Made by a program: the position numbers and the translations under genes. From the IMG/VR virus record IMGVR_UViG_3300047274_000223: a stretch of 64,000 nt of DNA, one strand, 5' to 3'. The notes beneath the pieces are model-generated. The model was not told the DNA's origin and ran no database searches. It saw only the letters and a list, made by a program, of their open reading frames with translations. The stretch comes from a virus. Shown in pieces: positions 43,901 to 51,306 of the stretch (position 1 is the first letter of the stretch; each line of letters begins with the position of its first letter).

Positions 43901-46900
43901 AGGACAAATCATTGAAGTCGCTGTAACAGATCCTGGTAAAGGATATACTGAAGCATATATTGATGTTGACGCTATTGATGGTATTCTGGGTCCACAATTG
44001 AGTGGTTCTGGTGCTGTTTTAGATGTCATCATTCCACCAAAAGGAACTGGATCTTCTATCTTTGTGAAAGGAGAAAATGTAGGTAAGATTAAGAAACTGA
44101 AGAATAATAACTTTGGTTTTAATTATACACATGATTATACATTAAGACCAGAAATTACATTCCCAGTAAACTTACAATTAATTAATACGAGTATTCTTAG
44201 CAACATAAAAGTTACAGATCCTGGTACTGGTTATACATCTATTCCTCAGGTAGTGATCACAGGTGGTGGTGGATCTGGAGCTGAAGCTATTGCGGAAATT
44301 AGAAATGGTAGAATTAGTGGTATTGTAATCAAGAATGCTGGATTTGGTTACAGTACTGCTCCTGTAGTTGAGTTAAAGACATCCTTTACTTATGTTGTGA
44401 ACTTAGACCTCGGACTATTCCAGATGGCATATCCCCATGGAATTACTAATGGATCTGAGGTTACATTTACTGTAGAGGATTTGGGTGAAGGAACTGCATT
44501 CCCACTAACCTCATTCGGTTATATCATCCCAGGTCAGATCTATTATGCAATTGCAGGAGAATTGGCAGGTCTGGAAGATGATCAACTAAGAATTGCATTA
44601 ACCCCACAAGATGCAGAATCTGGCAACTATATCTCTTTTGCTAATGCTGGTAATGGAAGACAAATTTTATTAACTAACTCATTTGGTGGCGCAGCAGAGG
44701 CCATTGTTGAAACTGGAAGATTCTTATCTGGTGAACAGATATTCCAAGGTGAAAGTTTAGAAACTGCATCAGCAATTGGTTATGTTTCCAATAATGACGG
44801 ATGGCAAATTGGACCAAGAATCCTCAAATTAATTAACACAACAGGAACATTCTCAGTAGGTCAAATTGTAAATGGTGTCATCTCAAAAGCAAGTGGTACT
44901 ATTGATAACATCAACGCTGCAAAAGGAGTTATTGAGGTTGATTCAATCACCAAGACTCCTGGTAAGTTCTTAGATGATGTCGGCAAACCAAATGAAATTG
45001 TACAGAAAATTCAAGACTCATACTTATACCAACAGTTCTCTTATAATGTAAAATCTCCGATTTCTATCGATCAATGGAAGACCACAGTAATTGACAATAC
45101 TCACCCAACAGGATTTAAGATCTTTGGTGAAATTCAAATTGAAGAGAACCAGAAAGGTCTCACCGATAAGGTCGATTTTGAACTAACGAAGAGCGTAAAT
45201 CTCGTCGAAAGTTCTGTGGTTGCTCACATTGACAACTTTGGTCTAGTAGAACCAGTTTACAAAGAATTTGATAATACTCAAGTACTATTCAGAACCAAAA
45301 AACTAACATCATCCGAGGAAATTCTAACTTCATATGTGCAGAAAATTGATGATATTGCATACCTATTTGATGGGGAGAGAACATCTTTCCCACTAACCAT
45401 TGATGGGAATACGGTAATTGCTAACACCAATCAATTACAACTAGTGATTAATGGTGTTGCACAGTCTCCTGGAACATCTTTCCAAGTTCAGCAAGGAAGT
45501 ATCGTATTTAATGAGGCTCCTCCCGCTCCAACTAAGATCAGTTATGCTAGATTGACACTGCAATTCTTGCAAAGTTTTGAACTTCAAATTAGTAATGTCA
45601 GTGGTATTTTGCCCGAGCTCGGACAAACTATTAGAGGTCTCATTAGTGGTGTTTCGGCAACTGTGATTGAATCAACAACATCAACAATCACAGTATTTAA
45701 CAAGAGTGGAAATTTTACTCCTGGGGAACTACTCCTCGGATCTGCTACTGGACTTAGTGCCCAATTCGATTCTGAAGTATTACTTGTAAATGATAATGTA
45801 TTTGAATTCAAAGAATCCATCACAAATACAAACAAAAAAACAGCAGAAGTTGAAGAGATTAATTTAAATATTACAAATAGCGTTGTAACTAACGAGATTG
45901 TAATTAGTAAGACTTCTGGTACTTATAATAGTCCCGCAGGTCTTCTAGCGATTGGAATTAATGATTTTATTGTTTCGGCCAAAACCAAAGTTATTGCTAA
46001 AGTAATTTCGGTTTCACCATATATTGATCCTGAAACTGGAGCTCCTATTTCATCAATCGCAATTAGTGATCCAAGTACTTTCTTCGGATTGTTATATAAT
46101 AGAATTGTCTCACCAGATTATCCAAACGTAATCTTAGATGACATCAGCAAGTCTAGTGTAGAAATTGTAGATATCTCAGATTCCGATTTGAAGATTGAGG
46201 GAAGAATTCCAGAGTTCGAAACAATTAATAATATTACTGCAGAGTATACCGTAAACTCTGGCACTGGTATTGTAGAAGAAGAGTTTATCCAAAACATCAA
46301 AATTAACTACATTAATTCGACTGGAGATTATGCCAATGGTGAGGTCGTCAAAGTTAATAAGTTAGCATATAAGAATCTAACTGGAGGAAACTTCCAGGCT
46401 GGAGATATTGTTTCAAATGGATCTGGATATACTGCCAATGTTATTGGTGTAAGTTATGCATTGAAATATCTATTCTTAGGAGAGCAAACAGGTTCGTTTA
46501 GTATTGGTGACACATTATCATGTGATAGATCATTTGTATCTAATGATGATATTGTTGCTGGTAGAAATGCTGATGCATCCGACCTAATTCTTGCCAACAA
46601 ACTTCTGATTGCAGATGTTGCAGTCGGTAGAATGCTTGCTGCCTACCCTGGATTTACTGTACCAGGAGGAAACCAAAATTGCAAGGATGATATTGTTGAT
46701 GTTCTAGATGAAATTTGCTTTAACCTTAAGTATGGTGGAAACCACAGGGCATATGATGTAGGTCAACTCTATATCGACAACACATATCTACAGGATGAGA
46801 GAGATGAATCGGTTTATGCTTTCAACCAAGCAAGAGATATGGCAATTCAGGCCATGCGTAATGAATCAATTACTATTGGCGGATATTCGTCTCTCAGTCA

Positions 46901-49900
46901 GTATTTTGATCTAACTGTAGAAGGAGATCAGTCTGGAGAAGCAGGGGTTTATGTTCCTGGTGACTGTGCCGATGTTGCAGCATCACTAACTACATTATTT
47001 GGTATTGTAACTCAAGCTATTGGAAGTGATGCTACTCCTGGCAATTTAACTGGTATTACAAGAACTAATATTGGAACAGTATTTGCAGAAATCTCAGCAT
47101 ATTTGGAGATTCCATTTAATGTGGAGCAAATTAATCCTACGACCGATACTATTACAACTTTCCAATACTTTGACGATACCCAACATAGATTTAGAGATGC
47201 AGCGAACTTACTAAGATTGAATTCCACTTATATTATTGAAGAAGCTGTTGGTAGAATGAAGAATTTGTATCCAGATTTGATTATCCCAGGTGATGAAACT
47301 GGAGGATCTGATGGAACTTCCAGATGTAAACTCGACCTATCATTACTTCTAAATGCTACCATCGATGATTTGGAGTATGGTGGAAATTATGAAACTCTTG
47401 CTGCTGGACGTTTTTACTTAGATGAAAACGGTGGTATTAGATTTATATCCAGACAAATTCTGCAGAGCGTATATGCTCACCAACAGATGAGTCTATTGTG
47501 TCAGGAAGCAGTACAAGGTACTTTATCAAATACACCAGAATATACCAATGAAATTCCAGTATTACCTCTAGACATTACCATTGATCCATCACCAGTAAAC
47601 GGAGTATATTGTGCAGATGTAGTGTCAAAAATTGATACTTTATGGTCTTTAATCAATGAGGTAATTACTACTACTGGAGATGTGTATAAGGATGCATCAA
47701 ATGCTCTTTGGTTTAATAGAGACTTTATTGCAGATGAAGCGGTAGGTAAAACAACTAACTATTTCACATATTACTTGAATGGAACTGAGTATAAGGCCTT
47801 CGAATATCCAGGTGGAAATAATGGTGTAACCAAGTGTACCAGAGATATTGCAGATTATATCATCCCATCGATTATTGCAGACTTAATGAGTGGAGGCGAC
47901 TCAAATATAATTGATGCAATGACATATTATATTGATGTTAATGACGTTCTCCATGTTAAAGATGAACTTCTACCAACAATCTATGCATTTGAGCAAGTAA
48001 ATATTCTTTGCCAATATGCAATTGATAATTGGGTAATAACGGGTACTTCTACTGTCTATTCACCACAATTTGGTAATGTGGCAAATATGTATTTTGATGA
48101 ATCGATCACAGAAGATGATGGTACTTATGGTACAAACTGTGCAAGAGTAAAGTCTGCAATTGACACTTTATTCACAAAAGCTATTGCTATTCTATTACCA
48201 GAAAGAGATCAATATATTCTCTCGGGTAGACATTACGATGCGGCCAATCTTATCGAGTCCAATAAACTTCTAATTGCTGATGTTGCAGTTGGCAGAATGC
48301 TTGCTGCCTTCCCTGGATTTACTGTACCAAATGGCAATCAAAATTGTAAAGATGATATTGTCGATATTCTTGATACTCTTTGCTTTAACTTGAGATTTGG
48401 TGGAAATCATAAAGTATATGATGCAGCGCAGATTTATATTACAAATTCAGGATTGTTGAATGGGGAGCAAACAGAATCTATCTATGCATTTAATCAGGCA
48501 AGAGATCTGGCAATTGAGGTCATGCGTAATCAGACTATTGCGATTGGCGGATATTCATCAAGAACTCAAGTTAAAGATCTGACAATTGTTGCCGATCCTA
48601 TAACTGGTTCCAATACAAGTGCATCTTCTTGTGCAAATGTAGCATCTACAATTACGACATTGATTGCAATTGTAACTCAAGCAGTGCAAAATGGCAATTT
48701 AACTGGGATTACAAGAACAACTGATAGTACATCAAATAACTTATATAGAGATGCTGCTAAGTTGATCCTATTCAACAAAGAGTATTTCAAGGAGGAGATT
48801 GCTGGAGCAGTAACTGCACAGTATCCTGGATTTAATTTTGGTGGGGCAAACTCTACCGAATTGCCAACATACAGAACAAAATGCAAGAGAGACATTGGAT
48901 ATATTGTAGATGCAATTGTATATGACTTACTAACAAATGGCAACTCCGCAATCCTTTTTGCAACACAGTCCTATATTGATGCTGCAACGGGAACTTTAAT
49001 CTCCTTACAGGGTGAACTGGTTCAGACTCTATATGCATATACACTATTAAAAACTTTCATGAAGTCTGCTATTAGAGAGAACTTAACTTCACCTTCACCA
49101 AATGTTTCATTTTATGCATACTCTGATAATAATATCGCTCTAACTGCCGATCATCTAACTACAATTGATACCTTCCTAGATGATAGGATGTCAATTCTAT
49201 TAGGAACTCTTAATAATTCAAACTATATTGAAGCAAATGAAATTATTGAATATAATGCAATCACAATTCCATCTAGAGTGTATCCATCCAGAATTGATAT
49301 TACTGGAATTAGCGGTAGACTAAGTGCTGGTGATTATATCTATGGACAAACTTCAGGTATCAAAGGAGAAATAGAATCTATCTTTACAAATAGAGCTACT
49401 ATTAAGAAGACTTTGAAGAGAGTAAGAATTAACTTCACTCTTCCACTAGAGAGATTCATTGAGAATGACACAGTAACCGTTCAAGGTTCAGCAACAAATA
49501 ATGGTATAGTGTATTCATACTCATACTCAGAAAACTTTAATTATATTGATGTTGATGTAAACTCTGGTTCTTTCACCCCAGGTGATATTCTAATTAATGG
49601 TGAAGGTTACACGGCAACGGTAGTTTCTGTAACAGATAAAGTACAGATTTCAAAACTAATTGGTCAATTTAGCAATGGAGATAAGATTAGAGAATTTGGT
49701 TCTAGTACAGAATTTACAATTTCTAATTATTCTAATGTAAGTGCTCCAGTTTTAGATAACACTGGTTCCAAATTGACCCTGGAAACGGAGTCTTATTTTG
49801 GAAACTTTAATGTTTCGAATGTCATTTATTCAAACACTAGTGATGTTTATATTGATGTGAAATATAACTTGGGAACACAAGTTGGTCTTGGTGATCTAGT

Positions 49901-51275
49901 ACTAACTAAAAAAATCTATAAACTAGAAGTTGTATTGAGTGATCCAGCTGTTGTAAGTTTTCCTTTGGGAAATCAACTTCAAGATTCGGCATTGTTAACA
50001 ACAATTGGCACTATTGTTGCATTTATTCCAAATGATCCTGAGGCGCCTACAACTGCAGAGATTTATGTCGGTAACTTAGAACAAGACTTCTTTACAAATG
50101 GATCTACAGTAAATTGTTATGAACCTGGAAATAACTTCCCAATTGGTATTGCAACTGTTACTTCTGCACAAGAAATAACATCTGAGGCTTATGGATTTAT
50201 TGAAAAAATTGATCAGGTTGGTGAAGGCTATAGAATTTATTTAAGTTCTGTAAAAGGTACTTTTAATCCATACGCACAACTGTTGGGAAGATTCGGTTAC
50301 AAGTCTCTGATTACAGATACAAAATCTATTATTGGAAGAGTGTCAAGAAGTTTTAGAGGATTTGATGGTGTACAAGATACTTTTGATCTAACTATCAATA
50401 ATGGAACCGCATATCTACCAAACCCAGATGGTCATATGTTGGTATTCTTGAATGGCGTTCTACAACCACCAACAACTTCGTATTCTGCGTTTAGTGATGT
50501 TATTCAGTTCACCGAACCACCAGAACTAGGAGCTTCTTTCCACGCCGTTTATATTGGCAAATTGAGACAACTAGATGATATTGGATTTGAATTTGATTCT
50601 CTGAGAAATAGTTTCAACTTGAAACTAGATGAAGTTTTCTACTCACTAACAGTTACTTCTGGTTCGGAAGCATCAAATATTAAACCAGAAAATAATATTA
50701 TTATTTCACTAAATGGTATCATTCAAGAACCTGGAGTTGCGTTTGAACTTGTTGGTTCTCGTGTAATTTTTGCTGAGATTCCAAGAGCAGGTTCTAGTTT
50801 TGTTGCATTCTCATATATTGGTTCTGACGCTGACGTTATTGCTTCTGAAGTTATCCCACCAATTGAAGCGGGAGATCAACTTTTACTTGAAGGTGAAGAT
50901 CAGGATAGAACAGTTGCTATTATTGAATCTTCAAACTCTCTAGTAACATTTGACTACACTGGATCTGTTTTTGGTAGAAATGCATCTGCTCTTGTATCCT
51001 TGATCAAGGGAAGAATTACTGAGTTGTCAGTAACCTCATCAGGTAACGGTTATACTTCGAGACCGTCCGTATCCATTGACTCCACAACTGGTTTTGATGG
51101 GCAAGTTAAGGCTCTAGTCGGTGTTTCTAGAGTTGATGTCGTTGATCGAGGAGGTGGATACAAGTATCCAGAGATTGAAATTGTTAATGATGTATCTGAT
51201 ACTCCCGCACTACTTATCTTCGACTCCACTGGTACATCTTTCGATACGGAAGATATTACGTTCGACCAGGCATAA
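34935..51275 (+). CDS. gp7: Giant baseplate wedge initiator gp7-like protein (5446 aa)
   Basis: N-terminal Q.P.FIREE.P.F..FL..YY; gp7 block IKDFY.SKGT..AI..LFK.LYG...I.YP; HP.GFKIFGE; position between gp6 and gp8. Confidence 0.85.
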   Translation: MHNEPQVSLSVLNQIPDFIREEHPLFEEFLRSYYSSLERGSGPVNILNNLPDYFNLSKYDLRKLNSTTNLIGNISPDSRNIEVESTDNFPDENGTILIDDEVIYYESVRKSPNVVLTPDISYSEFNKKLITLSNPYEQLDGIRDTFDLKANNEPVFPPSARHLIVRLYNEVLIPDVDYIVLGDKIKFTSVPREFDPVDLGDSFEDISIKYLKGFSESTITTIDNIGVINTAVDEERYDFNLRIDGVPFEPSSLSLMVVIVDNILLRPNLDYTVYGSSILLKNYPTQNSYIGVINAPLLSVGNGFVGYSVVNSQGQVERILVKNGGKNYSIDNTPKVSLVKGAGKNATARALISGVKEITLLEGGRGYSKENPPRVLVQSPDNPDGSVARAAVEVDEQGHVSEVHVTFSGSGYDFVPRVQFINPTGAAVGNVVVNQNGSIVSVDVLSGGIGYTVAPLIYIDDPIAPNGIKALLQGNLGSDGILQSVSVLTGGTGYDQYNPPRVAVIQPTGAQVLSVDVDSFGRVVNIELLSGGFGYEDVPSVYIVDDRVDNIGNPIGGTGATAVATVFNGEIIDINITNFGEGYSLEEPPKIFISSPVGAKASAQIGEQQITGFEVIESGINYVKSEFVGCSRGVSGIIGYDSDENAIFSGEDTSTPSLHLEGSLVKGLDSVFLTTILDRIVKQYIPGLPKLDYNTVNIANILRTVKDFYSSKGTRQAISYLFKVLYGVDIDISYPKDQIIKPSAASWSIDTILRARLISGNPENIRDTSIIQEEDAVDTNVKYAEATVENFIAIQTSDYDVYELVLSEESIVGSFTIPYKTKLAEPMTPETSIITVDSTIGWPERNGEIIVGTEIIRYKEKSLTQFIECTRGINETPGSWDSGTIISSNFYIRANPGTQNEVVMSVLGIVESNNTTLTDESSYYLPGDKLSISKLGSLDASPLVTSWLYNVKKLIEVESITYGGIGDRTATVTCSNPHGLLVGDQVTVYGANPIVYNGSFLVSARESALVFKYELPQPATLNPQGNILISVDLNKGKSDEESINSAITNFATNIQNTFFNSSDVYVAASGIPNYKIGPFLGTSLLPGNQRKLYRFPRLPQTISLKPETKYGSVGSFINGVSAWNYKSNDIFKYGPVTKVNIINPGSDYDADSPPVLSIRGGGGSGAVGSVIVDGSVTSIEVTNQGDGYTSSPLVSISGGKGSGASATAIITNGKVTRILVNTTGSGYTSAPTITVTGGGGFGCTAVASVRGPIKEVVVEDYGNDYTSAPSVSLSSGEGAAAQAYVSNGRILSIAVIASGNGYTTAPKVVIVGEGYGAVAIANIQTEGSEAGKVTSITILNRGIGYKQGTTQIRLESVGQGAVFNTEIFGWTFNLQETVNFDYANGSIFEGFNKQFGGEYGHVSNPKQLRYVLGDNLTVVQGQIVEKESGIVHSPIIGWAFDGNPIYGPYGLSDPTNLSSTIVPINSSYVLKSNLVFDAQINPTPVRIDGPSLDEYPAGTFIEDYIYQFRSEQFYLDEYNGRYCKTPEYPEGTYAYFITLNSDGSPAFPYIVGPNFYSIPDSWNLTQFAVQSNIPSGIVRYRAPFENVDIDVDRAPNESTNALTLENGDILTFEVEDENRDGVIDEFEEGDPDQIFEESKLQLFDYFPKIDFSSKVDIEIETTTKFEDAKISGFLIENAGENHQVGDRLIFDDTGTEGYGASAVVSEIVGKNITSYNYEYSASQDEYFGIVQTDSPHNMVIGDIVNVTTVPLMEPTTKSIYVRTIQGLEDVVVVTPGLGYDPEIDIQAVIDSDTGIGAVVEPIISSTGSLNDVRIINSGRNYLTDPKIRISHPQVQKRSIYFAISRYYEGSVKIFKSISDSSKNTYIVGSVKSSNNDTHAFISKINSEGTVLWSKSLTAIQPGSTKRAEFVDIVKNGSDLYVIGNTYPNTPSADNFNPDLLFAKYTENTSGTSVTLTWQKEAAGISGVLRKDYITGISALNNNIIICGHTTTNSTGAYDGILMYLSPGGDILHKRKLTSTTGTEKLLGIKVDSDDNIYVVGQTVENNLLVAKLRIVESKIISTWQKQVVYSGQEFHDIAFDIDEYDELFITASIGTTTRNKLGLVKLDGNANVIAQKEYSIPSIYSIIGAGCTIDVFSDLNVGYSAVDTNGKKTSGVIKLDYRGNVINSYTLGGVEGYNLVQVLSDVSGDPYFVGNIQPNRSQFLYNGNDYTDFIGRQGNLTTSGTVSINTDPKWGTNAFTVGQNGVLSTPTLSSSGNWTVDAWIKWDSAATAKVAQIFRIYDSSLTDGIKVQLFADNSSPSTLGKWRISNDGATVSTFSASTNNVTLLSSGYYYIAVNKSYNSSTGISTYTLYFNGTQQAQITLTNNINPTQIQVGSSTTYNSWPTKIDSFRLSNYAITATTIPTAAFSGYDYGTEVGYLMKFDKNADAERMGDITLTNNGIITTRTTSSISDNQLELLVETYALGPDGLQVLDMNDTTSYLTQDYHLPSSYADVWSSRTATIPSPGGRKAVFETSAYGKYFFRHFVIDKFDNVRVLEINQDFNFDIGTRINQKNSIGSTVGSARIVDIDTSNDLLYVTDVSGTFSTNSGYLESSDLKINEIEDYTFAYIDASSPGTFGISIPAEVEATFKTYSDEDYLIRIDEIITGASYARGSVVSLGPEYFSFSADRRSVTISGLASVTQITLIVNLTKTLQIDLISNTNRIFARSTTSHYLSVGENIYTETAPQYSYADGSFYIKEILSKKEFIFEIDSVPGSFIGSGTQLYVYVKHPVFKFIYGQQYTFDVTHVSNEGYYLSFYRDNLNKIEYTFKNIVRKGIPGRDAPGASPFISFKVTDDVSNISYYADPSRIGPKSPVSNFSYIDVVKSPYIGKFEIIETSGGTVTVGDNKFKFKIGIDPEKNAQSSLSSYSTQSSKVAGSIANIRLVNGGGFYKKLPVITDIQSVRKIERVEIRSPGTEYQPGEYFGVPILGDGAGGKVRIIVDENSDPAGQIIEVAVTDPGKGYTEAYIDVDAIDGILGPQLSGSGAVLDVIIPPKGTGSSIFVKGENVGKIKKLKNNNFGFNYTHDYTLRPEITFPVNLQLINTSILSNIKVTDPGTGYTSIPQVVITGGGGSGAEAIAEIRNGRISGIVIKNAGFGYSTAPVVELKTSFTYVVNLDLGLFQMAYPHGITNGSEVTFTVEDLGEGTAFPLTSFGYIIPGQIYYAIAGELAGLEDDQLRIALTPQDAESGNYISFANAGNGRQILLTNSFGGAAEAIVETGRFLSGEQIFQGESLETASAIGYVSNNDGWQIGPRILKLINTTGTFSVGQIVNGVISKASGTIDNINAAKGVIEVDSITKTPGKFLDDVGKPNEIVQKIQDSYLYQQFSYNVKSPISIDQWKTTVIDNTHPTGFKIFGEIQIEENQKGLTDKVDFELTKSVNLVESSVVAHIDNFGLVEPVYKEFDNTQVLFRTKKLTSSEEILTSYVQKIDDIAYLFDGERTSFPLTIDGNTVIANTNQLQLVINGVAQSPGTSFQVQQGSIVFNEAPPAPTKISYARLTLQFLQSFELQISNVSGILPELGQTIRGLISGVSATVIESTTSTITVFNKSGNFTPGELLLGSATGLSAQFDSEVLLVNDNVFEFKESITNTNKKTAEVEEINLNITNSVVTNEIVISKTSGTYNSPAGLLAIGINDFIVSAKTKVIAKVISVSPYIDPETGAPISSIAISDPSTFFGLLYNRIVSPDYPNVILDDISKSSVEIVDISDSDLKIEGRIPEFETINNITAEYTVNSGTGIVEEEFIQNIKINYINSTGDYANGEVVKVNKLAYKNLTGGNFQAGDIVSNGSGYTANVIGVSYALKYLFLGEQTGSFSIGDTLSCDRSFVSNDDIVAGRNADASDLILANKLLIADVAVGRMLAAYPGFTVPGGNQNCKDDIVDVLDEICFNLKYGGNHRAYDVGQLYIDNTYLQDERDESVYAFNQARDMAIQAMRNESITIGGYSSLSQYFDLTVEGDQSGEAGVYVPGDCADVAASLTTLFGIVTQAIGSDATPGNLTGITRTNIGTVFAEISAYLEIPFNVEQINPTTDTITTFQYFDDTQHRFRDAANLLRLNSTYIIEEAVGRMKNLYPDLIIPGDETGGSDGTSRCKLDLSLLLNATIDDLEYGGNYETLAAGRFYLDENGGIRFISRQILQSVYAHQQMSLLCQEAVQGTLSNTPEYTNEIPVLPLDITIDPSPVNGVYCADVVSKIDTLWSLINEVITTTGDVYKDASNALWFNRDFIADEAVGKTTNYFTYYLNGTEYKAFEYPGGNNGVTKCTRDIADYIIPSIIADLMSGGDSNIIDAMTYYIDVNDVLHVKDELLPTIYAFEQVNILCQYAIDNWVITGTSTVYSPQFGNVANMYFDESITEDDGTYGTNCARVKSAIDTLFTKAIAILLPERDQYILSGRHYDAANLIESNKLLIADVAVGRMLAAFPGFTVPNGNQNCKDDIVDILDTLCFNLRFGGNHKVYDAAQIYITNSGLLNGEQTESIYAFNQARDLAIEVMRNQTIAIGGYSSRTQVKDLTIVADPITGSNTSASSCANVASTITTLIAIVTQAVQNGNLTGITRTTDSTSNNLYRDAAKLILFNKEYFKEEIAGAVTAQYPGFNFGGANSTELPTYRTKCKRDIGYIVDAIVYDLLTNGNSAILFATQSYIDAATGTLISLQGELVQTLYAYTLLKTFMKSAIRENLTSPSPNVSFYAYSDNNIALTADHLTTIDTFLDDRMSILLGTLNNSNYIEANEIIEYNAITIPSRVYPSRIDITGISGRLSAGDYIYGQTSGIKGEIESIFTNRATIKKTLKRVRINFTLPLERFIENDTVTVQGSATNNGIVYSYSYSENFNYIDVDVNSGSFTPGDILINGEGYTATVVSVTDKVQISKLIGQFSNGDKIREFGSSTEFTISNYSNVSAPVLDNTGSKLTLETESYFGNFNVSNVIYSNTSDVYIDVKYNLGTQVGLGDLVLTKKIYKLEVVLSDPAVVSFPLGNQLQDSALLTTIGTIVAFIPNDPEAPTTAEIYVGNLEQDFFTNGSTVNCYEPGNNFPIGIATVTSAQEITSEAYGFIEKIDQVGEGYRIYLSSVKGTFNPYAQLLGRFGYKSLITDTKSIIGRVSRSFRGFDGVQDTFDLTINNGTAYLPNPDGHMLVFLNGVLQPPTTSYSAFSDVIQFTEPPELGASFHAVYIGKLRQLDDIGFEFDSLRNSFNLKLDEVFYSLTVTSGSEASNIKPENNIIISLNGIIQEPGVAFELVGSRVIFAEIPRAGSSFVAFSYIGSDADVIASEVIPPIEAGDQLLLEGEDQDRTVAIIESSNSLVTFDYTGSVFGRNASALVSLIKGRITELSVTSSGNGYTSRPSVSIDSTTGFDGQVKALVGVSRVDVVDRGGGYKYPEIEIVNDVSDTPALLIFDSTGTSFDTEDITFDQA
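46572..49210 (+). repeat. Five tandem helical repeats resembling the phycobiliprotein core, inside gp7
   Basis: DA..L...N...I.....A......P...C..D........DL..GG(N/D) recurs, starting at 46572, 47196, 47691, 48237 and 48750. Confidence 0.85.
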
Positions 51276-51278
51276 ATA
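51272..51278 (+). promoter_or_regulatory. Late promoter
   Basis: ATAAATA upstream of the fibre gene. Confidence 0.7.
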
Positions 51279-51306
51279 AACTTGAGAAGGAGTTTTTTAA
51301 AACGAA

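Noticed and set aside
34935-51275. Intein, intron or frameshift explaining the size of gp7
   Set aside because: The frame is continuous and I saw no Hint (C...HN) or LAGLIDADG/HNH motifs; the size reflects domain accretion.
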